From: Mobula hypostoma
Taxonomy: Eukaryota
Reading direction: 5' to 3'
DNA: 64,000 bases
Assembly (NCBI RefSeq): GCF_963921235.1
Contig: NC_086097.1
Location: 40,922,001 to 40,986,000 of the forward strand
The position numbers and the translations under genes were made by a program. Under the pieces are notes generated by a model. The model was not told the origin of the DNA. It did no database searches and saw nothing but the letters and a program-made list of their open reading frames with translations. This document shows positions 1 to 10,353 of this stretch, piece by piece (within the stretch, counting starts at the first letter, position 1; each line of letters starts with the position of its first letter).

Positions 1-272
1 CTTCTGCACTGCAGAGCCAGACTCAGTGCCAGAGATCCGGCTACTGCAGCTAGTCCCAGGTAAGTCATCCCCCCCAACAGTATCCAATGCGGTATACTTG
101 TTGTTGAGGTGAATGGTCACAGGGGAACCCTGCTCTGCCTGCCCTTTCCTCTTCCCTCGCCTCACAGTGACCCAATTTCCTGTCCTCTGCTCCTTTGGCG
201 TAACTACCTCCCTGTAGCTACGATCTATAATCTCCTCATTCTCCCGAATGATCCGCAGGTCTGTCATGAAAT
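1..272 (-). mobile_element. CR1 LINE ORF1-region fragment
   Basis: Similar by eye to 29030-29310 of the long minus-strand CR1 (aacagtatccaa...gttgttgagg...cacagggg). Confidence 0.65.
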
Positions 273-1415
273 CCCAATGGGTCGCCACTTAATATAGTTC
301 CAATTTTCTCCATTACCTGGGTCATGCCGAGTATCCACTACAGTGCACTCAGGTAGTTGCTATTTCATCCATCCAAAAGTGAAGCACCAGATTTGTAAAC
401 ATTTCCAAGCACATTGGATCAGATGAGCCTGCGCACTAACTTTCGCAAGTTTTGGAGCTGTGGGAGCAACTTAAATCTTGAATAATTTTGATAGAAATCG
501 AAACAAAATAATATAGAAGTTCACTCAAAATATTGATTTGGTTTATCTGGAGCTTACATAACACTGGTAACACTTGGAATGTTTTCAGTTAACTTTGAAG
601 TTTACACTAGATTCAGAGATGTATTGGGATTTTGTTTCTCCAGCTTTCTGAATTAACAATTTAGCCTTGTCACAAAAAGAAAAAAGCTATAATCAACTTG
701 TTCCTAAAATGCCTTCTGAAGCTGATAAAACTTGAACACTCTCTTTCTTCAAAGAAAAATCTTGTCAGGAAAATTCCACATTTTCTGACCGGAATGATAT
801 ATTCTGAGTCATGTGGTCCTTTGGTAACAGAGCATTTGGTTTGCTCTGTTTACTGTGTTATGCTTCATTCCATGTTCCAAGACGAAAGATTTCACAAATA
901 AACACTGATGCAGGCTTGACATCTGAGCTTTGTGCAAGACAGCAGTCTTTCCCTGCCTACTTAAGTTCCAACAGGCCAGTAAATAATTATTGCTGGTTGT
1001 ATTGACGTTATGACCAGGGAACCTTTAATAAATGACCAAAAGCATAACCTTATTTTGTGGGTGAATTATCTTTAACTGAGTTTGGGGGATTGCAGTAACC
1101 TTGATGCAGCCGGTCAATTTCTCCCTGCTTCTCTGCCGAATCATACACATGCCCAAAGCTGTCGTGGGTTCAATCTGCTGACAGCCAACTAAAACATGAC
1201 TTCTGGTGGCTGACCTTGTCATTCTTCCTGATGCAGCACTTGCGAGTGGTCCCAGTACTAACGTGTGCTGATAATTTATCTTTTCCCCTTCCTGACTCTC
1301 ACTGATCAGCCTGATCCTGTCTGGAAATCGGTCTCCATTGTTTAATACTTTTAGAATCATAGAGTTATAGAGCCAGACCTTTAGCCCACCTACTTTGTGC
1401 CGAACTATTATTATG

Positions 1416-2110
1416 TGTAAGGGGGTTTCGAATTTTATGTTACATGTGGATGCTAATTAAAATGGCGTCTTTGTTATGTTAATCTGGGGAATGCGGCTTT
1501 GTTGTGTTAAACGCTGAGAAAGTTTGCGCTAGCAGCTTATTTTTACTTTAGAGTGTGATAAGAGAGTGCTATTAACCAATTGGGATAGTTGTTATGGTTT
1601 TGGTGTATTTGAAGATGCTGTATGCGCGGGGTTTTGGGGCAGAAGGTGGGAGAGTGAGACAGAGGATGGACCAGGTGCTGTGAGTCCGCTAACGGGGTCG
1701 GACCCCGAGCGAGACGTTCGGCGAGGAGACGGAGACGGACTTGTGTGGAGCGTCTGGTCGACCACCGTTGTTGGTCCCAGACGGCCGGTTGAGGTGGTCT
1801 GAGGGGTCACAGGGTGAAGAAGCAGGTCCTTGAGCTGCAACGGTTTTTGTGCACGAAGAGATTGAACTTTGATAAGTGTGGCGCCTTTTATTTTCCTTTT
1901 ATATTTTATTCTCTCTTAATTATATAGTTCCAGTAATATCTATAAACTGTAAATCATTTAATTGTATCTGGTGTATTGTCTGTTATTTGGGCGGGGTGGG
2001 GTACCTCACACAGCATCCACACAAACGAATTATCCAGTTTGCCGGGGCCGAGGCTGTTTCCCTAGATGACAGCGAGCCGAGCAACCCTGAGGGTGGCCGG
2101 GGGGGCTACA
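1416..2110 (+). repeat. 5' LTR (TGTA...TACA)
   Basis: About 95% identical to 4820-5517 (roughly 34 substitutions counted by eye, plus small indels). Confidence 0.95.
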
Positions 2111-2113
2111 TTG

Positions 2114-2131
2114 TGGGGGCTCGTCCGGGAT
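2114..2131 (+). promoter_or_regulatory. Primer-binding site, tRNA-Pro
   Basis: TGGGGGCTCGTCCGGGAT is the 18-nt complement of the tRNA-Pro 3' end (the classic MLV-type PBS), 3 nt after the LTR. Confidence 0.92.
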
Positions 2132-2384
2132 GGAGCCTGCTGGTATGCTGTGTGGGTGCCCTGTTTAAATCTGTGATGTGTGTCTCTGTGGGTTATTTGC
2201 TGGTGATTGCTGTATGCGTGGTGGGTGAGGTCTTTGTTCGAGTTCAGGCTGGCATTGACGAGTTGGAGGTGGCACTCGGGGCTGTCCATGCAGTTGGGAG
2301 AGAGAGGAAAGAGTGGTCTGATTTGAGGTAGAATCTGAGAATAAATGTTCTAGCTCTGGCAGGCTCCGCCTGGCACTTGGGATA

Positions 2385-2807
2385 GTGTCCACCCCAAGAG
2401 GGGCGGAGGCGTGTGAGACGTGGGCGGAGCGGATCTCGCAGTTGTTAGATGAGTGGCAGTGCTCGGTTGAGGGAGAGCGACAGGGATTGGTTGAAAGTTT
2501 GTGTAGGTGGGCTAGTGACGGTGTTAGAGCTGTCAGGCTCAGTTACACTGTAGTGACTGCTGTCAGTTATTTGAAAGAGGGGGGAAAGTTTTCAGTGTGT
2601 CTTCTCTGGCTAGGAGGGCGGCTAAATTGCTTGCAGTGCCAGGGGGATCATTTCAGGGGATCAGCCCCTCCTTCAGTTGTTCAGCTGATCAGAGAGGTGT
2701 CGGGAAACTTAGTGGAGGCCCAGTGGGGGAACGGCTTGGGGTCTCTGGGGAAGCATGTTCCCAGCAATGTACCAATGTACTTCCGAAAGGAGAAGACCTA
2801 TTCCTGA
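2385..2807 (+). pseudogene. Degenerate PNMA-type Gypsy gag (capsid remnant and decayed zinc knuckle)
   Basis: TPRGAEACETWAERISQLLDEWQCS...QGLVESL resembles PNMA/Gypsy capsid; CLQCQGDHF resembles an eroded CCHC knuckle. Confidence 0.7.
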
Positions 2808-3387
2808 AGGCTTAAAGGGACAACACCCCAGGGTGTTGCTATGGATAGAGGGAAGCGATGCTAAAGCTATCCTCGACCCCGGGGCACAGATCAAGTTGTT
2901 GTACAGTTCGTTTTACAATCGGTGTCTGAAGCATTTATCCTTGACAACCACAAGGGCACCGGAGACTTTGGGTACTAGTGGCAGTAGTTATCCAGAAGAC
3001 GATGATTGGTTAATGACCCTGGAAGTCATGGAGGCATTTTCTGGGCACCCAGCATGTCGAGTTGCTTCCGAGGACGTGTGTAGCAGCCTTGAGCTAGTAC
3101 CGAATTTAAACGAGACCCAGCGGTGGTACGGTTTGGGGAAAGTAGCTGAGGGTGAGACCCTCTTAGTAGATGCTCCGGACTACCATGAGGGAGGGGAGTT
3201 GACCGCTGAAGACACCTCAGTAAGAGAGAGGTCACGGCAACTGGACCCTAGCGGCGTGGAAGATGAAGGCAGCGTGTGTGTGGATTATGCGATGTGGTTT
3301 AATGTGCTGCATCTGAGGGGTGGATGTTGCCAGATCCTGAGGAGAGCGGCTGTTGAGCTGAAGATGGCCGTTACTAATTCCCTATGA
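2800..3387 (+). pseudogene. Degenerate aspartic protease and N-terminal RT remnants
   Basis: AKAILDPGAQI (DTG changed to DPG); VCVDY and WFNVLHLRGGCCQI are RT motifs brought together by deletion. Confidence 0.75.
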
Positions 3388-3405
3388 TTCTTCTGATCCG
3401 AAAAG

Positions 3406-4485
3406 ATGCCCAAGGGCATATCCGGAGCCCCTGCATCCTTCCCGCGGGGCAAGAGGAAGACCATGGGGGAAGTGAAGGAGTGTGGAGTTTTGACGTATGT
3501 GGATGACCGCCTAGAGCTTGGATTCGCCTGGGGGGACTATGAGGCGAGGGGAGTGGCTGAGCCCGGGCGACCGAAGCGAAGTGTCATATGTGGAGGAGTT
3601 TTTGGCCGGAGGAGTTTGGTGCAATGTGAGAAAAATGACCTGACATACCAGTTGAACTTCCTGGTGTTGGGACAGACGGTGGTGGACCGGGGGATGGAAA
3701 CCCAGGTCGTCAATCTGAATGAGACACAGGGAAGAGAGGGGATTTGCACCGTACTGCGGTCATGTACTGATGAATTAATCCAGCGAGAAGAAACAATGAC
3801 CCACCTTCGAAGGGATCAGCAGAAACTCAAGACTTCGATTCAGAACAGATTGGAAGACTTGCAAGTTGGGGAAGATCAAGGAAGTGTTCTGACTAAGGTC
3901 AACAGAAAACCGAGCGCCCAGGGAGGGGAGTTTGACTACACTCCCGAGGAGGTAAAGAAATGGAGGACAGATCTCAGAAAAGGGAGGCGGACACTTGAAA
4001 GGAACCTGAAGATGACTATCGCGAGTTTAAACGAAGTGGAAAAACTGAAAGTTGACCTGGAAGACGTCCTCAGGAAGAAACAACCGGAGGCTGAACATTC
4101 TTTAACTGCTGCTTTTCAGGTCAGGGTGGAAGAAGCTGGTGGGGTAACTGCGTCCCAGATTGAGATGACCAAGAACCCTGAGTCGGAACTGCTGAGGCTG
4201 TGGCGAGAGTTGAAGGAGTCCCCAAAGAAGCTGACGTCTCGACTGCAGGAGGCTGAAGGGGTAGCCCCGGCTAAATGTTTCAGTTTGGAGAAACTTAAAC
4301 AGCAGCTACCGATCGAAGGAATGAGGAAGGATACAGATTCGAAGGATGATGTGCTGCCCATGTGGTACATGCTGCCTTTCGCTAATTTCCCCATGATTGA
4401 GGAAGAGACCTTTGGCCCTTCTCCCACTGAGTCAGGTGTGGTGGGGAGGGCTAGCTGTGGGCAGTCTGAGTTGTGGCAGGATTAG
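3406..4485 (+). CDS. Chimeric 359-aa ORF: RT remnant + myosin heavy-chain rod fragments + probable pol C-terminal tail (expression unknown)
   Basis: MPKGISGAPASF...VLTYVDD (RT), then EKNDLTYQL, LEDLQVGED, LKMTIASLNEVEKLKVDLEDVL, RVEEAGGVTASQIEM, KKLTSRLQEAE and AKCFSLEKLKQQL (myosin rod motifs in native order). Confidence 0.75.
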   Translation: MPKGISGAPASFPRGKRKTMGEVKECGVLTYVDDRLELGFAWGDYEARGVAEPGRPKRSVICGGVFGRRSLVQCEKNDLTYQLNFLVLGQTVVDRGMETQVVNLNETQGREGICTVLRSCTDELIQREETMTHLRRDQQKLKTSIQNRLEDLQVGEDQGSVLTKVNRKPSAQGGEFDYTPEEVKKWRTDLRKGRRTLERNLKMTIASLNEVEKLKVDLEDVLRKKQPEAEHSLTAAFQVRVEEAGGVTASQIEMTKNPESELLRLWRELKESPKKLTSRLQEAEGVAPAKCFSLEKLKQQLPIEGMRKDTDSKDDVLPMWYMLPFANFPMIEEETFGPSPTESGVVGRASCGQSELWQD

Positions 4486-4819
4486 GAAGGAGGAGAGGCG
4501 GGGCCCCAGACACAGGACAGGGGGCTCTGAGCTGTAGTGGTGGCCTGAGTGAGAGAGGAGTTGGCAAACAGGCCCGAGGTATCCCTAGTAGTGTCTGAGC
4601 CTTTTGGGTTTAGGTGAGGGGGTCCGGAGGTCTCGGAGGGTTAAGAAGCTCTCAGATAGGTTGGCCTATGTAGCGCCCGTGGGACGGGTGTAAGGTCCAC
4701 TGTTTGGGGAGCACTGGCACTGTGTGTATCTGTGTATGTGTGTGTTGTGTGTCTGCAGGACTGGTTGGCGAGTTATTTAGAAGTCATGAGGACATGACTT
4801 TATTTGGTGGGGGGGAGAG

Positions 4820-5517
4820 TGTAAGGGGGTTTCGACTTTTATGTTACATGCGGAGGCTAATTAAAATGGCGTCTTTGTTATGTTAATCTGGGGAATGCGG
4901 CTTTGTGTTAAACGCTGAGAAAGTTTGCGCTAGCAGCTTATTTTTACTTTAGAGTGTGATAAGGGAGTGCTATTAACCAATTGGGATAGTTGTTATGGTT
5001 TTCGTGTATTTGAAGGTACTGTATGCGCGGGGTTTTGGGGCAGAAGGCGGAAGAGCGAGACAGAGGATGGACCAGGTGCTGTGAGTCCGCTAACGGGGTC
5101 GGACCCCGAATGGGACATTCGGCGAGGAGACGGAGACGGACTTGTGTGGAGCATCTGGTCAACCACCGTTGTTGGTCCCAGGCGGCCGGTCGAGGTGGTC
5201 CGAGGGGTCGCAGGGTGAAGAAGCAGGTCCTTGAGCTCCAACGGTTTTTCTGCATGAAGAGATAGAACTTTGATAAGTGTGGCGCCTTTTATTTTCCTTT
5301 TATATTTTATTCTCTCTTAATTATATAGTTCCAGTAATATCTGTAAACTGTAAATCATTTAATCGTATCTGGTGTATTGTCTGTTATTTGGGCGGGGTGG
5401 GGTACCTCACACAGTATCCACACAAACGAATTATCCAGTTTGCTGGGGCCGAGGCTGTTTCCCTAGACGACAGCAAACTGAGCGACCCTGAGGGTGGCCG
5501 GGGGGGGGGGGGCTACG
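4820..5517 (+). repeat. 3' LTR (terminal CA mutated to CG)
   Basis: Direct repeat of 1416-2110; preceded by PPT ggtgggggggagag; followed by TSD TATG. Confidence 0.95.
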
Positions 5518-5715
5518 TATGCCTAGAACCATTGACCCACACCTGGACCATCTCCCTCCACACCCCTCCCATCCATGTACTTATCCAAAATTCTCTTATG
5601 TGTTGTAATCGAACCTACATCCACCAATTCCACTGGCAGCTCATTCCACACTCTGACCATCCTCTGATTGAAGCGGATCTCCCTCATGTTCCCTTTAAAC
5701 ATTTCATCTTTCACT

Positions 5716-6245
5716 TGTAACCGGGTGACCGTTGGATCTTATTCAGTGTCGTTAAAAGTGTACTTAGGCATCCACCTGGGTAATGCTAGAATGGATGTCT
5801 GTGCCTTTAAGGGAGACGGATATGTCATTACGCACACGTGGGATAGTGGGGAGACCATTTTGTTTTCTGCTGAAGACTCTGGTGGGGCGTTGGAATTGAG
5901 TTCCTCCCTGAGACTGGGCATGGTGAGGAAGGATTTTCATGAGTAAAGGCATCGACGCAGGATCGCGTGGCTTATACAAAGTTCCTCACCATCCAAGTAG
6001 GACTGCCACTACCATATTAGTACCGTACTAGTTCTGGTATTTTTTATGCTGCATATGCAACTCTGTCCATACACGAGGGTGTGGATCGAAAGTTAAACTG
6101 AGATTGTAACGGCAAGAACTGGTTGTAAATTCGTTCGTTTTGTTTTGTGACCCTCTTCTGGCACTTAAACATCTAAAACAGATAAAGGAATTCAAACCCA
6201 AAGAAGTATTTGTTGTCCTGAGTGTGTACTTTTCCCCAGGCTACA
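5716..6245. mobile_element. Probable solo LTR, 530 bp
   Basis: TGTAACC...GGCTACA termini interrupt a CR1 3' region. CACT at 5712-5715 recurs at 6249-6252, offset by 3 A's. Confidence 0.65.
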
Positions 6246-6825
6246 AAACACTCTTAACCTATGATCTCTTGTTCTAATCTCACCAAGCCTCAATGGAAAA
6301 TACCTGTGTGCATTTACTCTATAATTTTGAATACCTCTAACAAAACTCCCCACACTCTCCTACACTCCAGAGAATAAAGTCTTAGCCTATTCAATCTTTC
6401 CCTATAACTCAGGTCGTCAATGTTATAATTATATAATATTTTTATAACATTCCAGTCATAATTTCTGAAATACTAAACAGATGGTCAAATATACTTTTTA
6501 GCCGTGTTACACTTTTTACTTCAATACATTTTCAAATTTTAAAAAGTTGCAATAAAATTATACATTCACAGTCATTGCACATGGGGTAATCAAAACTTGT
6601 CAGCTCCTGCTTTCTCTTTATACACACAGTTACTTGGTTTATTGGTACAACTGAAAGTATTCTTTCTGAGGCTTTTAAAGTGATGCAGGCACTTTTCACC
6701 ATTTATAGCTGACTCAGCAGCTGTATTAGGAAGTGCACAGAAACACAAGGGACAGCAAATGGTGGAGTCTAGAACAACAACCAATCTGCCGGAAGAGCTT
6801 AGTGGCTTGAGCAGCATCGTGGGAA

Positions 6826-7660
6826 GTAACTGTTTTTGAGTCTGATGGCGTGGATGCTACGTAGCCTCCTCCCTGATGAGAGTGGTCCATGAGCACAGTG
6901 GCTGGGATCCTTTATAATGTTACTGTCCCTTTTCTGGCACTTTTCTGTATATATACCCTTGATGGTTGGTATGCTGGTACCGGTGATGCTTTGGGCATCT
7001 TTGACTACCTGTTGTAAAGTCTTGCTGTTTGCTGCGGTGCTGTTTCCATACCTTGCAGTGATGGAGCATTTTAGGGTGCTGTCTGCTTCACATCTGTAAA
7101 TGGTCCACCTCTACTCAGCCGCCTCAGAAATTAGAGGCATTGATAAGGTTTCCTGATTGTGTAGGATGAGAGTTTGTGCAAGAAGTGCACTCCTGGTAGT
7201 TTGAAAGTCTTCACAGTTTCACTGCCCTGTCGCCGATGTAGAGGCGAGAGGGTGTTGCGAGTTCTCCTGAAGTGACGGAGAGGTCATTTGCCTGGCCGGG
7301 CCTTGAGATCTTCCACCTCCTCTCTGTAGGCTGTCTCATCATTGTTGTTGATGAGCCCCACCACTGTCGTGCCATCGGCGCATTTGACAGTGCGATTACT
7401 CGGGTGATTAGCCGTGCAGTCACGTGTGAGCGGAGAGCACAGCAATGGGCTCAGCGCTCAGCCCTGAGGAACAATTATCTTGAGGATGATCGGGAGAGAG
7501 GAACGTTGTGCATCCTGACTATCTGAGGTCTGTTGGTCAGAAAGTCCAACACCCAATTGCACAATGGTGTATTTAGACCAAGGAGTAGGAGTTTGTTCAC
7601 CAAAGTTCATGAAGTAATAGTGTTGAATGCTAAACTGAAATCCAGAAGCAGCTTCATAGC
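6826..7660 (-). mobile_element. Rex1/Babar-like LINE RT fragment
   Basis: Minus strand reads ...IKCADGTTVVGLINNNDETAYREEV...; the FSSAFNTI-like motif (tgttgaatgctaaactgaa on +) lies near 7620. Confidence 0.65.
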
Positions 7661-8029
7661 CTGTAATACAAATGCAACAGCTTGTTATAAAAAGATTTAA
7701 ACCAGAGAATGGAAGTGCAATTGTCTAAGGAATATACCACTGTGTTCTTCTAAGATCTGTGATCACTAATTTTCCTCATGGTTTTCATTGGTCTAAATCA
7801 TAGCATGGTGCAAATTGCTTTCAGTTTGACAGAACTTAATGTCATGATGGCATCTAAACCCATCCTGTTAACAGGAATTGGAAAGCAGTAGAGTGCAATT
7901 GCTGGAAGAATGAAAAACAGAAAATGGCAGAAACACTCAGCAGGTTTGGCAGCATCTGTGAAGGGAGATTGAGATGCATTTTTTTTTAATTTTTTTGAGC
8001 TATGGATCTCACTATTACTCTTTTATTTT

Positions 8030-8358
8030 ACCTACTGAATATTGAAAGAGTTAGATAGAGTGGACAGAGGATGTTTCCAATAGTGGGGGAGTCTAGGACC
8101 AGAAGGATCAAAGATGAGGAGGAATTTCTTTTGCCGGGGGTGGTGAGTTTGTGGAATTCATAGCCACAGATGGCTGTGGAGGCCAAGTCATTGGATATAT
8201 TTAAAGAGGAGGTTGATAAGTAATTAGTAAGGGCATCAAATGTTTTGGGGAGAAGGCAAGAGAATGGGGTTGAGAGGGAACATAAATTAGTCATGGTGGA
8301 ATGGCTGAACAGACTGGATGGGCTGAATAGCCTACTTCTATTGCTTATGGTCTTATGA
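8030..8358 (+). mobile_element. CR1 LINE 3' end
   Basis: gaggatgtttccaatagtgggggagtctaggaccaga...tcttatg tail, shared with other CR1 copies in the window. Confidence 0.75.
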
Positions 8359-9412
8359 TCTATTATATCTGTTGAATTTTCCCTATTTTCCTGTTTACGC
8401 GTGAAACTGATCTTTTTTAATAGGCATCTTTGGAGAGAACACAGGGAAATCCTTATTATAATGCAGACCACAAAGACGAGGGACACATATTGACTTAGAG
8501 AGGGTGCTAACGATAAATTAATTACAGCTTTAACTACATGGAGACAGTAAGTAGAAGAAAGATACATGAGGCAGGAAAACTTAAAAAAAAACATTGACCA
8601 GTGAGTTATCCCACACAGCAGCTGATTGTGGGACAAAATAAGGAACACTGGAAGACCTCAGCAGGTAAGGCAGCACCTGTGGAGAGAGTCAAATGGGATT
8701 GAGTCTGATTTTGTGGGGGGAGCGTGGTGAGTTGATATTTCAGTAATGACTTTTCCATGGGGGAATACTTAGGCTCATAGCCTGGGGTGTTATTATTAGT
8801 TATCTCTCACAGATCCAGCGTAGCTTACTAAGAGTTTCCAGCTGTGTTGCTTTCTTCTCAAATCTGTTGTTTTCTTGGTATCTGATGTGTTTCTTTTTGG
8901 TTTTCAGTCCTTGGATGATTATGATATAATTCAATTTTTCACCCTGCAAAGATTGTACCTGAACTACCAGACTTTCCATCATCCCCCTTTATTCCACATA
9001 CAGTATCTGGCGACTGCGACTGCTACTGCTCTGTCCCTCAGCTTCTGCTTTCCTCAGACCTCCCTGTTAGCACCTTTCCAGGACTAATTAACTGTCCATA
9101 CCATGCCTTCACCTTTTCTTACTCAACAATGAACTGTCCCAGTTTCTATGGTCTTGACCTTATTACAGGCATTCTTTTTTTTTCTCTCCACATCCCTCAC
9201 CTCTGCAACTTTAAACAGGCTTCTTTTTCTAAATTTTCTAGTCCAGAATGTACGTCACTGTCCTGAAACTTCACCTTTGTTTCTCTTTCCAGAGATGCTG
9301 CCTGACCTCCTGGATATTTTCAGTATTTTCTGCTCTTGATGCAGTAACAAGAATCTTGAACTTTGAACTTTGAATCCATCTTGTTTTTGTCAGCATGTTC
9401 CTTAGTAACTTT

Positions 9413-10020
9413 TATAGAGGCATAGAGTCATAGAAAAATACAGCACAGAAACAGGCCCTTCGGTCCATCTAGTTTGTGCTGAACAATTTGAATTGCCTAC
9501 TCCCATCAACCTGCACCAGGACTATAGCCCTCCATACCCCTACAATTCATGCACCTATCCAAACTTCAATTAAATGTTGACATCAAGCTTGCATGCACCA
9601 CTTGTGCTGGCAGCTCGTTCCACACTCTCATGACCCTCTGAACGAAGAAGTTTCCCCTCATGTTAAACTTTTCTCCTTTCACCCTTAATCCATGGCCTCT
9701 AGTTGTAGTTGCACCCAACTTCAGTGGAAAAAGCCTGCTTGCATTTTCCCTATAAATGCCCCTCATAATTCTGTATAGTTCTATCAAATCTCCCCTCAAT
9801 CCTCTACTTTCCAAGGAATAAAGTCCTAACCTTTCCTTATAACTTGGGTCTTCCAATCCCGTCAACATCCTTGTAATTTTCTCTATACTCATTCAACCTT
9901 ATTTACATCTTTCCTGTAAGTAGATGACGAAAGGTGCCCATGATACTCCAAATTAGGCCTTACCATCTTACAGAACTTAAACATAGCATCCCATCTCTTG
10001 TACTCAATAGTTTGATTTAT
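9413..10020 (-). mobile_element. CR1 LINE 3' fragment
   Basis: ORF 9566-9892: GLYSLESRGLRGDLIE...QRVMRVWNELP. Confidence 0.8.
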
Positions 10021-10178
10021 GTTGACTTAAAATGCTTTGCACCAAATTTAGATTTCCTGCTGATGTATTACAAAAGTAACACATTGTAAATAATTCTGCC
10101 TGTTGAAAGAAGGTGCTTTTTCTGTGGTTCAGCCTTCTGTATCAAGTGTAATAACCATTTCTAATGATGCTTGCTCAG

Positions 10179-10353
10179 ATCAGATGGACCAAAACAGCAG
10201 GAAGTGCCTCTGACCGGTTCCATGATAACAGTGTTTTCAACGAGACCCTGCGGATCACCAGAATACAGCGCCACCAGGGAGGCCGCTACTACTGCAAGGC
10301 CGACAATGGCTTGAGCACCCCTGCAATCAAGTCCATCCGAGTAGATGTATACT
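10179..10353 (+). CDS. MDGA2: MDGA2 coding exon (C-terminal part of Ig-like domain 1), 175 bp
   Basis: Translates IRWTKTAGSASDRFHDNSVFNETLRITRIQRHQGGRYYCKADNGLSTPAIKSIRVDVY, which closely matches recalled vertebrate MDGA2. Acceptor ...ttgctcAG at 10177-10178; donor GTAAGT at 10354; ends in phase 1. Confidence 0.95.

Larger units (their letters stand above)
1416..5517 (+). mobile_element. Non-autonomous Ty3/Gypsy LTR retrotransposon (4.1 kb) with captured myosin sequence
   Basis: Direct-repeat LTRs at 1416-2110 and 4820-5517; 4-bp TSD TATG (1412-1415, 5518-5521); PBS at 2114-2131; polypurine tract at 4806-4819; degenerate gag, protease and RT remnants. Confidence 0.95.
1352..6420 (-). mobile_element. 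CR1 LINE 3' fragment, split by two LTR insertions
   Basis: Pieces at about 1352-1415, 5518-5715 and 6249-6420. Minus ORF 5523-5714 reads FKGNMR...QRMVRVWNELP (CR1 ORF2 C-terminus). Confidence 0.75.

Noticed and set aside
1566..2331. Duplicated ORFs (1566/4967, 1592/4993, 1876/5277) as paralogous genes
   Set aside because: They are incidental frames within the two LTR copies.
3406..4485. ORF as an env-like or host myosin gene
   Set aside because: No signal peptide, furin site or transmembrane segment. It has no motor domain or introns and lies between LTRs, so it is cargo rather than a myosin locus.
8028..8648. 206-aa minus-strand ORF
   Set aside because: Largely the antisense of a CR1 3' end, with no recognisable domain.
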